Positions 36,746 through 46,035 of a stretch of DNA of 64,000 nt are shown piece by piece; within the stretch, counting starts at the first letter, position 1; each line of letters begins with the position of its first letter. The translations under genes were made by a program, and so were the position numbers. This stretch comes from Phycisphaerae bacterium (lineage in GTDB: Bacteria > Planctomycetota > Phycisphaerae > Phycisphaerales > UBA1924), in the NCBI GenBank assembly GCA_030426395.1, contig JAUHYE010000002.1, positions 960 through 64,959 on the forward strand, given 5' to 3'. The notes under the pieces were generated by a model. That model made no database searches. It saw only the letters and a program-made list of their open reading frames with translations, and was not told the DNA's origin.

Positions 36746-37438
36746 CTACATGCCTTCCACGATCTCGACGACCTTCTGAACGATCTCCTCGTACGGCACG
36801 CCCGGCTCGAGCATGCCCAGGTTGCCGTGCACGGTGCCGCGTTGTTCGCCGATGGCCGCCGTCAGCACCTGGCCGTCGAAGCGGCCGTTCTCGTAGTCGA
36901 GCGTGCGGAGCAGCTTTGAATCCTCGCCGGCCGACCAGACCCGGAAGCTCAGCGGCCTGACGATGCCGTCCAGCGTCGTGTCGCGTTCCCTGGGCCCCAT
37001 GTTGAAGTGGACGTCAATGCGCTTGTCACCGACCTCAACCGATTCGAGCATCATCCACGCCAGGTCGTCGCCCTCGTCGATGAACTTTCGCATCGCGGCC
37101 TGCGCTGTCTCGTAGCCTTCCTGCTTCTTCCCCTCTTGCATGAGGGCCTGAGCGCGGCGGTAGAGGTCCATCCCCGTCGCGGCATCGCCCTCGGCTTGCT
37201 CGGCCGCGTCCGATTCGGGAACGGGCTCCGAGTCTGGCTGGAGCTCGGGATCGGGCGCGGGGTTGGAAGCGGGGTCGGTCTCGGGCGGGGTTGCGGCGCC
37301 CGCCTCGGCTCCTGCTTCGGGGGTGGTTTCTTCGAGGGTGGTCACTTCCGGCGCTGGCGAACCGTCCTGCTCGCTCGAACACGCGCCAAGGGGCAGTGTA
37401 CAGGCCACAAGTGCGATCAGCCATCTCGTTGTGCTCAC
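36746..37438 (-). CDS. hypothetical lipoprotein with acidic Pro-rich linker
   Basis: Lipobox LPLGACSS after MSTTRWLIALVAC. Low-complexity PEAGAEAGAATPPETDPASNPAPDPE. Globular C-terminal half. Confidence 0.65.
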   Translation of the reverse strand: MSTTRWLIALVACTLPLGACSSEQDGSPAPEVTTLEETTPEAGAEAGAATPPETDPASNPAPDPELQPDSEPVPESDAAEQAEGDAATGMDLYRRAQALMQEGKKQEGYETAQAAMRKFIDEGDDLAWMMLESVEVGDKRIDVHFNMGPRERDTTLDGIVRPLSFRVWSAGEDSKLLRTLDYENGRFDGQVLTAAIGEQRGTVHGNLGMLEPGVPYEEIVQKVVEIVEGM

Positions 37439-37456
37439 GAGCCACCTCCTTTGGGA

Positions 37457-37873
37457 TTACTTCTCGAACAGCTTCGACCGATCCGCGAACGCCTTGAACT
37501 CCAGCGCGTTGCCCGACGGGTCGCGGAAGAACATCGTCGCTTGCTCGCCCGGCTGGCCCTCGAAGCGGACATACGGTTCGATCACGAACTCCACGCCCGC
37601 TGCACGCAGCGTGTCCGCCAGGGCCTTCCATTCGTCCATATCGAGCACGACGCCGAAGTGCGGCACCGGCACGTCGTGGCCGTCGACGGCGTTGGTGGGG
37701 CCGGGATCCTTCGCGGCTTGAGATAAGTGCGCCACGATCTGGTGGCCGTAGAGATCGAAGTCGATCCACTGGTCGCTGCTTCGGCCTTCGGGGCATCCGA
37801 GCAGGCCGCCATAGAACGCGCGGGACGCTTCGAGGTCGTGCACCGGGAAGGCGAGGTGGAAGGGGTTGGGCAT
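37457..37873 (-). CDS. VOC (glyoxalase/bleomycin-resistance/dioxygenase) family protein
   Basis: ATG 37873 gives [27 protein letters not shown]...HFGVVL...[12 protein letters not shown]. Confidence 0.85.
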   Translation of the reverse strand: MPNPFHLAFPVHDLEASRAFYGGLLGCPEGRSSDQWIDFDLYGHQIVAHLSQAAKDPGPTNAVDGHDVPVPHFGVVLDMDEWKALADTLRAAGVEFVIEPYVRFEGQPGEQATMFFRDPSGNALEFKAFADRSKLFEK

Positions 37874-37963
37874 GGTGCGATGGTATTCCCCGACGCACGA
37901 GCACGACACGAGGCGCCGAAGCCCGACGCGTAGCATGTCCATCGCACCCAACAGAAGGAGAGC

Positions 37964-38368
37964 ATGATGAGCATCAACCTGGCGCAAGCACAGAAGGTCG
38001 TCCAAGCCGCACTCGCCGAGTCCACGAAGATCGACACGAAGATGAACGTCGCCGTCGTCGACGCGGGCATGAACCTCGTCGCGTTCGCCCGGCAGGACGG
38101 CGCGTGGCTCGGCTCGATCGACATCGCGATCAAGAAGGCCCGCACCGCCCGCGGCTTCGACATGGACTCGGGAGAGATCGGCAAGCTCAGCCAGCCGGGC
38201 GGATCGCTCTACAACATCGAACATTCCAACGGCGGGCTCATCAGCTTCCCCGGCGGGGTGCCATTGAAGGACGCGAGCGGCACGATCGTCGGCGCCATCG
38301 GCGTCTCTGGCAGCACGGTGGAGAACGACCATACCGTCGCCTCGGCGGGTGCGAAGGCCTTGGGGTAA
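37964..38368 (+). CDS. GlcG/HbpS-like heme-binding protein (DUF336)
   Basis: [19 protein letters not shown]...KKARTA...GGVPL...[17 protein letters not shown] pattern. Confidence 0.85.
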   Translation: MMSINLAQAQKVVQAALAESTKIDTKMNVAVVDAGMNLVAFARQDGAWLGSIDIAIKKARTARGFDMDSGEIGKLSQPGGSLYNIEHSNGGLISFPGGVPLKDASGTIVGAIGVSGSTVENDHTVASAGAKALG

Positions 38369-38377
38369 CGGCCTGCC

Positions 38378-38956
38378 TCAGGTCAGCATCGACCACGCGA
38401 ACATGCCAACAACGAGCGCGACCAGCGAGGCGCTCGCGGCGATCATCGCTGCACGGTCGATCGTTGCATCGCGACCGATGCCGAACTTCGGGCCCAGCCC
38501 GTTCCACATCGCCAATCCACTGATGACGCCTGCGGTCCCGATCGGCACCATCACCCACAGCGGCGTGCCGAGCCTGGCAAGATCCTGGGCATCGCCGATT
38601 GGCTCGATGATCGCCGAGGCGAGATAGGCGCCATTCGCGATAAGGCAGAACCCCGCGAACGCGCGGAGCAGGTACGCCAGCTTCCACCGGGCCGCCCGTG
38701 CGACGTGCCACGCCGCCACCGGCAACGCCATCCCCCACATCAAGCCAGCCCACGTCACGAACGCCGGGTGCGGGTTCTCGGCCAGGTCGGTGCGCGAGAA
38801 GGCCAGCGGATGCAACACGACGTTCGCCACGCGACCACCGGACAACCACGCCGCGAGCACGTGGCCCGATTCGTGGACGACCATCATGCCGAGCCACGAC
38901 GCGGCCGCGGTGGTGGCGACGAGGGACGGGCTTGCGAAGCGGCGTGGGCGGGCCAT
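38378..38956 (-). CDS. membrane zinc metalloprotease-like protein (M50-like, HExxH)
   Basis: ATG 38956. HESGH motif inside the first hydrophobic helix, and 4-5 predicted TM segments. Family assignment is tentative. Confidence 0.6.
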   Translation of the reverse strand: MARPRRFASPSLVATTAAASWLGMMVVHESGHVLAAWLSGGRVANVVLHPLAFSRTDLAENPHPAFVTWAGLMWGMALPVAAWHVARAARWKLAYLLRAFAGFCLIANGAYLASAIIEPIGDAQDLARLGTPLWVMVPIGTAGVISGLAMWNGLGPKFGIGRDATIDRAAMIAASASLVALVVGMFAWSMLT

Positions 38957-39030
38957 CGGATGGATCGTACCGGCACTAGGATTCACCCGATGTTCAAGCC
39001 TTGCCCAGTTCTCGCCCCAGGCTTTCCAAC

Positions 39031-40077
39031 ATGACCACCCCCGCCCTGCGCGCCCTGGGATGGAACGAGTTCTTCGAGGGGCAGCTCTCGGAATTCGATC
39101 TCGATGCGATCGTGCTCGCGCGCGTGTCGGCCCACCACAGCATCCAGGTCGAGCTCCAGGGCGAGGACGGCCAGTTCCGCCTGCCGGTGCAGTCCGCCGA
39201 TGCCGACGGGCGGGTTTCGGTGGGCGACTGGCTGGTGCTGAATTCAAGTGGTAATCGCACGATCAAGCGGCTCGAACGCCAGACGCTGCTCAGCCGCAAG
39301 GCGGCGGGCGAAGAGGCCAAGCCGCAGGTCATCGCCGCCAACATCAACACGGTGTTCATCGTGAGCTCGTGCAACGAGGACTTTAACCTGTCCCGACTCG
39401 AGCGGTATCTGGCCATGGTGTTGCACGCGGGCGCGACGCCGGTGGTCGTGCTAACCAAGGCCGACTTGAGCGATGATCCCGAATCGCTCGCAGAGCGGGC
39501 GCGCGATCTCCACCCGGATTTGTCCGTGGTCATCATGGATGCGCGTGATGCCGGGCAAGCCGACGTCTTGAAGTCCTGGTGCGGTCCGGGCCAATCGGTC
39601 GCGCTCGTGGGTTCGTCGGGCGTTGGCAAGTCGACGCTTGCCAACGCGCTGGGCGCGGGCGACCAGGCCACCGGTGGCATCCGAGAGAAGGACGGCAAGG
39701 GCCGCCACACGACGACTTCGCGATCGCTGCTGCCGCTCCCCTCGGGCGGCGTGCTGGTGGACAATCCAGGCGTGCGCGAGTTCCAGCTCCGCGATTGCGA
39801 CGACGGCGTGGCCGACCTGTTCGAGGACGTGGCCGAGGTCATCGCCCGGTGCAAGTTCAGCGATTGCAGGCACGAGGGCGAGCCCGGGTGCGCTGTGCGA
39901 GCGGCCATCGACGTGGGCGAGCTCGACGAGCGCCGATTCACGAACTACCTGAAGCTCCAGGAAGAGCAGGCCCGCAACGCCGAGACGCTGGCCAAACGCC
40001 GCGAACGTGAAAAGAACAAGTCCCGCATCGTCAAGTCGGCCGTCTCCCGCAAGCGACGCCATCGCGACGAGTGGTAA
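39031..40077 (+). CDS. rsgA: ribosome small-subunit-dependent GTPase A
   Basis: Circularly permuted GTPase order: VLTKADL then VGSSGVGKSTLANAL. Zn knuckle CKFSDCRHEGEPGCAV. Confidence 0.9.
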   Translation: MTTPALRALGWNEFFEGQLSEFDLDAIVLARVSAHHSIQVELQGEDGQFRLPVQSADADGRVSVGDWLVLNSSGNRTIKRLERQTLLSRKAAGEEAKPQVIAANINTVFIVSSCNEDFNLSRLERYLAMVLHAGATPVVVLTKADLSDDPESLAERARDLHPDLSVVIMDARDAGQADVLKSWCGPGQSVALVGSSGVGKSTLANALGAGDQATGGIREKDGKGRHTTTSRSLLPLPSGGVLVDNPGVREFQLRDCDDGVADLFEDVAEVIARCKFSDCRHEGEPGCAVRAAIDVGELDERRFTNYLKLQEEQARNAETLAKRREREKNKSRIVKSAVSRKRRHRDEW

Positions 40078-40083
40078 GAACCG

Positions 40084-41790
40084 TCAACCAGCGAACCGCC
40101 AGCTCGGCTCGAAATCTCGATCGATTGTTTCTCCGGACATGATCGCCCGCAACATCTCGATCGGGATCGCGTTGTGACGCAGGATCGCGTCGTGGAACTC
40201 GCGCTCGGTCATGTCGCCGTTCTCGACGAGCTCTTCGTGCAATGCCAGGATCTGCAAGCCGCCCAGCATGTACGCGGCCTGGTACAGCGGTGGGTAGTCG
40301 CCATTGACCGAGCGCCGCACTTCCGCCGTCGCGTTCTGGCGGACATGCCCCACGCGGTCGACGAGCAGGTCGACCGCCTCGCTCGCAGTGATCTCTCCCA
40401 GGTGGAAGCGCAAGCTGAAGATGATGCGCATGCAGCGGTGCATCCGCCAGAACAGCATGCCCACGCGGTCCTCGGGGCCCTGGGCGAAGCCCATATCCCA
40501 CAGCCTCATCTCCCAATAGAGCGCCCAGCCCTCCATCCAGAATGGTGTGTAGAACAGGCCGCGGTGGGTGCGGTATCGGTCCATCATGAACCGTTGCAGG
40601 CCATGACCGGGGATCACCTCGTGGTGCACGACGGCGCGAGCGAAGTGTCGGTTGTTGCCACGCATGCTCGCGAGTTTGTCGGCGTGCTCCATCGTGTCGG
40701 TGGGGTACGACACGATGATGGTCTCGCCGCCAAGGAAGTACGGGCTGACCTTCTGCCGCTCGGGCGACATCATCGACATCCGCCACGTCCGCTTGCATAG
40801 CTCGGGTACGGTTATAAGGTCGTTATCCTCGATGAACGCCGTCGCCTCGCGCGCCATCTCGGCGATCATCGCGGGCTGCCTGCCCGGCTCGACATGCAGG
40901 CTGCGCACGTGCTCGAGGGCGGCCTTCCAGTCCTTGCCAAAGCCAAGCTCGTCCGACGCTTGCAACATCTGATCCAGGCACCAGTCGTACTCACGCTCGG
41001 CGATCTCGATCAGTTCTTCCGGCGAGTACGCGATCATCTCGTGCCCGAGCATCCGCAGCAGCACGTCGCGGCCGACGGGGTCGCCGATGACCGGATCCTC
41101 GTCGTCGGTGATGCCCGCCACCTGCTCGCGGAGCTTCTTGGAATGCTCACGCAGCGCCCTGATGCACGCGTCGTACGGCTTCTCGCACCACCAGGAGAAC
41201 ACCGGGTCGTAGCCGTCATAGAACCGGTTCCACGACGAGAGCGCCCAGATCAGGCGGTCCAGTTGCATCGACGCCCGCCGGGCCAGGACGCGGTCGCGCT
41301 CGCCCTCCGCGTCCTTGAGCGCTTTGGTAGATTCCTTGATCTCGCCCGCCAGCCGATCGAGCGTCTCGGCCGCCAGCTTCGCGTCGAGCGGTTCCATCCG
41401 CCGGTGCGCCTCGAGCATCGGCACGATGTCGGCCACGAACGGCGCCAGTGGCTGGATCTCCCGCAGGCTCGCGAGCTCGTGCTCGGCCTGGTCGATCTCG
41501 AACCGCAGGTGCTCGCGGAACAGCACGAAGTCGGCCCGACCGTCGACGTCCAAGCCATCGAATGAGACGTCCTCGAGCGACCCGAGCCAATCCTGGTGGA
41601 ACGCCTCGTACCGCTCGATCGCCGCGGGCGACATCGGCGCGTCATCGAACCGCTCGAAGCTGCCAAGGTCGGCCCGGTACCGCTCGATCAGTCCGGCCAC
41701 CGGCGGCAGCGTGGGATCGGGTTCGGCAACGGATAACGCAGCGAGGACAAACAGTGTTGTGAGCATGGTGCGAGTATACAAACGCCCCAC
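40084..41790 (-). CDS. DUF885 family protein (secreted, zincin-like HExxPGH)
   Basis: Signal MLTTLFVLAALSVAEP. HHEVIPGHGLQ motif and overall DUF885-like length. Confidence 0.85.
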   Translation of the reverse strand: MGRLYTRTMLTTLFVLAALSVAEPDPTLPPVAGLIERYRADLGSFERFDDAPMSPAAIERYEAFHQDWLGSLEDVSFDGLDVDGRADFVLFREHLRFEIDQAEHELASLREIQPLAPFVADIVPMLEAHRRMEPLDAKLAAETLDRLAGEIKESTKALKDAEGERDRVLARRASMQLDRLIWALSSWNRFYDGYDPVFSWWCEKPYDACIRALREHSKKLREQVAGITDDEDPVIGDPVGRDVLLRMLGHEMIAYSPEELIEIAEREYDWCLDQMLQASDELGFGKDWKAALEHVRSLHVEPGRQPAMIAEMAREATAFIEDNDLITVPELCKRTWRMSMMSPERQKVSPYFLGGETIIVSYPTDTMEHADKLASMRGNNRHFARAVVHHEVIPGHGLQRFMMDRYRTHRGLFYTPFWMEGWALYWEMRLWDMGFAQGPEDRVGMLFWRMHRCMRIIFSLRFHLGEITASEAVDLLVDRVGHVRQNATAEVRRSVNGDYPPLYQAAYMLGGLQILALHEELVENGDMTEREFHDAILRHNAIPIEMLRAIMSGETIDRDFEPSWRFAG

Positions 41791-42109
41791 GCACCAATGG
41801 CACGCGGGGCGGGAGATTGGAATCGGGGTGACAGGACACCAGTTGAACTTTTTGAAGGCGGAATCCGCCTCTGGAGCCCAGAATCACGGATTTTGCTTTC
41901 GCGGTTAAAGTAGCCCTGAGCAGGATGGGGGTTTGGGAGACTGTCATCGCCGCTCCACCTGCTCGTTGGGTTAGAGGGTGAAGAGTTAGAGCAGGAGAGG
42001 GGACGTGTCTCCCGCTCCATCAGTAGCGTGAGTGTGTCGATCCAACATAAACCTCCGACGATCTCCCGCCGGGGTGCTACTGAACCAGACTGCGGCCACC
42101 TGCTGTTGG

Positions 42110-42450
42110 AGCATTGGATGACCGTGCTAATTTCTGCGGCGATGTGCTGGATTCGATCCAAAGACGCGGCGAGCGTCTCAGTCTTGCCGTTATAGAGCTG
42201 GATGTATTCGCTCGCGGCCGAGTTTGCCTCCAGCCAGATGGCTTGGCAGACCACAAAGGCGACGGCTTTGTGGTCTTCCGCACGACCTTGCTGGTAGGAC
42301 GCTGGTCGCCACGATGAAAAACCGCCAGATCATATCATGGAGATTCTCGACTCCATCAAAATCCAGGACGAATCGGCAGAACGTCTGCTCGCTGCCCGAT
42401 CTTCCGGCGGATCTCCCGGACCAGCGTCCCACCCTCGGCCTTGACGCAAC
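42110..42450 (-). pseudogene. decayed C-terminal fragment of an ArdC-like gene
   Basis: Minus-strand translation gives ...SWRPASYQQGRAEDHKAVAFVVCQAIWLEANSAASEYIQLYNGKTETLAASLDRIQHIAAEI. The intact ArdC has RGDQRPASKTVRETEAEAVAFVICQAIGLETGSAASDYIQLYDGKAETLASSLDRIQRVAAEI. An in-frame stop interrupts the fragment, and the upstream HExxH region is degenerate. Confidence 0.6.
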
Positions 42451-42515
42451 GGAAACTCAATCTGCTCCTCACAAGAACGGCTCTTCTCCACCTGTATTTC
42501 TGAGGGTCATGACCC

Positions 42516-42986
42516 TCAGTCAATTCTGGAAATGATGACCGCGTCTCCCCTTTTGACTTCCAAAACATCGAAGCGAAAGCCCCTGTCGAGGGCGGTGAGT
42601 TCGCCGAGGAGCACAAGCGTCTCCTGCTCCTTAGGGAGCGCGCCGCGATAGCCCGTCTCCGGCACAGAGACCGGGAGGCTGTACTCGGCGCAGGTCGTCA
42701 CGCCGCAGGCGGCGAACTCCTCACTGTCGATGAGCGTGAAGGTCCGCCGCGACACCATCACTTTGTCCACCACGCCCTCGACCACGATGCGGCCTTGGTG
42801 AGCCTTGGGATCCTTGGCCACTTCGTCTACACCGAGCACGTTCCCGGCCTTGGGAAGCTGGGTCTGTGCCGTGGGCTTCGCAGCCGGCTGTTCCGTCTGC
42901 AAAGAGGCGTCTATCCATCCGACTACGGCCGCTGTCGCTCCTACCGCGAGCACGCCAGCCGCCACGATCTTTGCTGTCGCTTTCAT
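42516..42986 (-). CDS. hypothetical N-terminally anchored periplasmic protein, last gene of the efflux operon
   Basis: AAAGGAGA RBS before ATG 42986. TM MKATAKIVAAGVLAVGATAAVVGW. 17 nt after the permease stop. No family recognised. Confidence 0.65.
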   Translation of the reverse strand: MKATAKIVAAGVLAVGATAAVVGWIDASLQTEQPAAKPTAQTQLPKAGNVLGVDEVAKDPKAHQGRIVVEGVVDKVMVSRRTFTLIDSEEFAACGVTTCAEYSLPVSVPETGYRGALPKEQETLVLLGELTALDRGFRFDVLEVKRGDAVIISRID

Positions 42987-43003
42987 TGATGTCTCCTTTG
43001 TAC

Positions 43004-44161
43004 TCAGTTGGCCCGGAGGGCCTCGACGGTTTTCAACCGGGCGACCCGCAGCACGGGCAGAGCCGCCCCCAACACTCCAATCACAACCGCCAGCCCCACT
43101 CCGATCCCCAGCGTCGTCGCATCCACCATGAACCGGAACGCGCCCATCGGGATCTTCATGGGAAGCCCGTTGAGTACGCTTCCGGCGAGCGTCCCGACGG
43201 TGCCGCCAGCGACACAGAGAAACACCGACTCCAGGATGAACGACAAGAGCACGGCTTTGCGCTTGTAGCCCAGGACTAGGAGCACACCCATCTCCCTCGT
43301 CCGGCCAAGGATCGAGGTAAACATGGTGTTCATGCCCGCCATGACTGCGCCGAAGACAAGCATCGCGGTCATGACGACACTCACCGCCTGCACCGGCCGA
43401 AGACTGCTGGCGATCGCGGCGTAGTACTCCTGCTCCGTCTTCGCTTCCACCCGGATGTCTGTCCGCGTGGTGAGGTCAAACAGCAGGTCTTCTTGCGCCT
43501 GGGCTCCCTTCGTCGTCAGCAAGACGGCGGAGTAGTCCGTCCGCTTGCTGGCCGTCAGGATGTCATCAAGGTCCGCCCAGATCTCCGATTCGAGAGTCGT
43601 TCCGGGTGCTTCGAAGACCCCGGTGACGGTCCATCGCTGACCCTCGAACTCGATGGTTCTGCCGACCGCGAGTGAGGCCTGCGGCACGCCGAGTTTCACC
43701 GCCGCGAGCCTGCCGACCGCCACGCCGAAGCCGCGGGCGGGCGGCGAGCCCTCGACGATCTTGGCTTGTGGGTGAACCTGCAACCCGACGGACCACATGC
43801 CACGGATCACTCCGCGTTTGGTCCCATCGACGTCTCCGTCGGGGAAGGTCACGAACGTGCTGAGGTAGGCCTCGGGCGACGCCAGTGGCCGGCCGGAAGC
43901 TTGAGCGATGAACTCGGAACTGGTGAGCCGATGAAAGTCGGAGGGGTCGATGGCCGAGAACTCCATCGACTCGGCGCCTTTGCTCAGGACGATCACCGTA
44001 TCGGGAGAGGCGGTATTGAGGGCGCTGGAGAGCAACCCCCGCGACAGCGCGATCATGAGCACCGAGACGAAGATGGCGACCGCGACACCACCCGCAGTCA
44101 GGAGGCTCCGAGTCTTCCGCTGCATGATGGACCGGAGGTTGTATCGTAATGGCAGCTTCAT
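43004..44161 (-). CDS. ABC transporter permease, FtsX/MacB-type
   Basis: N-terminal LRSIMQRKTRSLLTAGGVAVAIFVSVLMIAL, a large periplasmic loop, and a C-terminal FtsX 3-TM bundle. The start abuts the upstream stop. Confidence 0.85.
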   Translation of the reverse strand: MKLPLRYNLRSIMQRKTRSLLTAGGVAVAIFVSVLMIALSRGLLSSALNTASPDTVIVLSKGAESMEFSAIDPSDFHRLTSSEFIAQASGRPLASPEAYLSTFVTFPDGDVDGTKRGVIRGMWSVGLQVHPQAKIVEGSPPARGFGVAVGRLAAVKLGVPQASLAVGRTIEFEGQRWTVTGVFEAPGTTLESEIWADLDDILTASKRTDYSAVLLTTKGAQAQEDLLFDLTTRTDIRVEAKTEQEYYAAIASSLRPVQAVSVVMTAMLVFGAVMAGMNTMFTSILGRTREMGVLLVLGYKRKAVLLSFILESVFLCVAGGTVGTLAGSVLNGLPMKIPMGAFRFMVDATTLGIGVGLAVVIGVLGAALPVLRVARLKTVEALRAN

Positions 44162-45307
44162 TCAGTCGACCTCCCGAAGCGCCGCGACAATGGGCAATTG
44201 TGCACCGCGTCGCGCGGGAAGATATGCTCCGAATAGCCCCATGAATGCCCCGACGAGCAGGCTCAGAGAGAGCATCGCCGCCGACATGTGCGGGGAGATG
44301 GTGTAGCCCTCGACGCTGATAGAGAGTGCGCCGGAGTTCATGACCAGGGCGGCAACGCCAGAGCCCAGCAGCGACGCCAACACCGCCAGCACGACCGCCT
44401 CAAAGATGATCATGCCCGCGACCTGGGACCGCCTGTACCCCAAGGTCTTGAGGATCGCCATCTCGCGCAGGCGGTCGCGCACGCTCATCGAGACACTGTT
44501 GGCTACGGACACCAGGAGCAGAATCAGGGCGAGATAGGCTACGACCTGCGCGAACCGAACCATTGCGCTGAAATCGGCGATGGCGTTAGCGATGAACGAC
44601 CGCTCCGGGCCGGTCTTGGTCTGTGTCTGGGCATTCGCGAATGTCGCGTCGATCGTCTCGCTGACCGAATCGACGTGCAATGGGTCGTCCAGAAGCACCA
44701 GGAACATAGTCACAATCCCCACCTGCTCGATGGACAACTCCAGGTACTCTCGGTCCACCAAGATCACCGATTCCAGCGCCGACCCAGGAGCTCGGAAGAC
44801 CCCGCGGATCACGAAGGAGATCCCGCGCAGCTCCTTGAGCGTGACTTGATCGCCTACACGCCACCCGTACTTCTCGGCCATTGAGCGTCCGACAATGGCC
44901 GAGCCTCTCTCGTCCTGGAACGCTTCGTACTCCGCATCGGGGAGATCAAGAACCCTGAAGTCGCGGAGCTTCTGCGTGTCGATCCCGTGGACGGCGACCA
45001 GGTCTGTCGTTGTCTGGCAGTTGGAGAGCATAAACCGCACAGGCATGACTTCACGCACGCCTGGAATCGACGCGATCGAGTCCGCGTAGTGCACAGGCAT
45101 CCTTGAATATGGCGGGCAGGCCTTGAACCGCTCGAACACGGTGAGCACCAAGTCTGAGCCCGTCGTCTCTACCATCCGCCGCACGCCGCGATCCAGCGAG
45201 AGAAGCGACGAGAAGACGAAGATTGACACCGCCACGCCCATGAGCGTGAGCATGGTCCGAGCCGGCTGGCGCAGGATTCCTCGGATGGTCACGTGGAGGA
45301 GCTTCAT
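44162..45307 (-). CDS. ABC transporter permease, FtsX/MacB-type (second, divergent copy)
   Basis: IRGILRQPARTMLTLMGVAVSIFVFSSL. Same topology as above. ATGA overlap with the ATPase gene. Confidence 0.85.
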   Translation of the reverse strand: MKLLHVTIRGILRQPARTMLTLMGVAVSIFVFSSLLSLDRGVRRMVETTGSDLVLTVFERFKACPPYSRMPVHYADSIASIPGVREVMPVRFMLSNCQTTTDLVAVHGIDTQKLRDFRVLDLPDAEYEAFQDERGSAIVGRSMAEKYGWRVGDQVTLKELRGISFVIRGVFRAPGSALESVILVDREYLELSIEQVGIVTMFLVLLDDPLHVDSVSETIDATFANAQTQTKTGPERSFIANAIADFSAMVRFAQVVAYLALILLLVSVANSVSMSVRDRLREMAILKTLGYRRSQVAGMIIFEAVVLAVLASLLGSGVAALVMNSGALSISVEGYTISPHMSAAMLSLSLLVGAFMGLFGAYLPARRGAQLPIVAALREVD

Positions 45308-46035
45308 GCGGGCACCTCATCAGCAATGGCAATCTGGTGATCAACAAGGAGTCCCTTGTGCATCCGCATCGTCCGAGTCGCGCGGCCGGCCACGGCCGGG
45401 TCGTGCGTCACGAGCACCACGGTCTTGCCGAAGCGAAGGTTCAGGCTGACGAGGAGGTCCATGACACCCGCGGCCGATTCGCGGTCGAGGTTACCGGTCG
45501 GCTCGTCCGCCAGGATGATCGCAGGATCAGTCGCAACAGCCCGGGCGATCGCCACCCGCTGTTCCTGGCCGCCACTGAGTTGACGCGGGTAATGGTCGGC
45601 ACGATCGGCAAGTTCTACAAGCTCGAGCGCCGTGAGCACCAGCGTCCGCCGCTTCTTCTTCGAGATCGGGAGCAGCAGGAGCGGCAACTCGATGTTCTCG
45701 TAGGCCGTGAGGACGGGCATCAGATTGAACTGTTGGAAGATGTAGCCGACGGTCCGCGTCCGCCAGTCTGCGAGGCGATCCTCGTTCCAGTCGGTGATGT
45801 CCTCGCCGTTCACGACGATGTGCCCGGCGGTCGGCTTGTCGATCCCGGCTATCAAGTTGAGCAGGGTGGACTTGCCGCTCCCGGACGGCCCCATGAGCGC
45901 GAAGAACTCGCCGCGCGGCACGTCCAGGTCCACGCCCTCCAGCGGGGTCACCTCAACGTCGCCCTTGTGGAACGTCTTTCTGACGCCGCGGACCGCGATA
46001 ATCATGCCGCCATTCGGAGTAGCTTCAGTCATCAT
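45304..46035 (-). CDS. ABC transporter ATP-binding protein (MacB/LolD-like)
   Basis: Walker A GPSGSGKSTLLNLIAG. Signature LSGGQEQRVAIARA. Walker B ILADEPTGNLD. ATG-ATG at 46035/46032. Confidence 0.9.
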   Translation of the reverse strand: MMTEATPNGGMIIAVRGVRKTFHKGDVEVTPLEGVDLDVPRGEFFALMGPSGSGKSTLLNLIAGIDKPTAGHIVVNGEDITDWNEDRLADWRTRTVGYIFQQFNLMPVLTAYENIELPLLLLPISKKKRRTLVLTALELVELADRADHYPRQLSGGQEQRVAIARAVATDPAIILADEPTGNLDRESAAGVMDLLVSLNLRFGKTVVLVTHDPAVAGRATRTMRMHKGLLVDHQIAIADEVPA

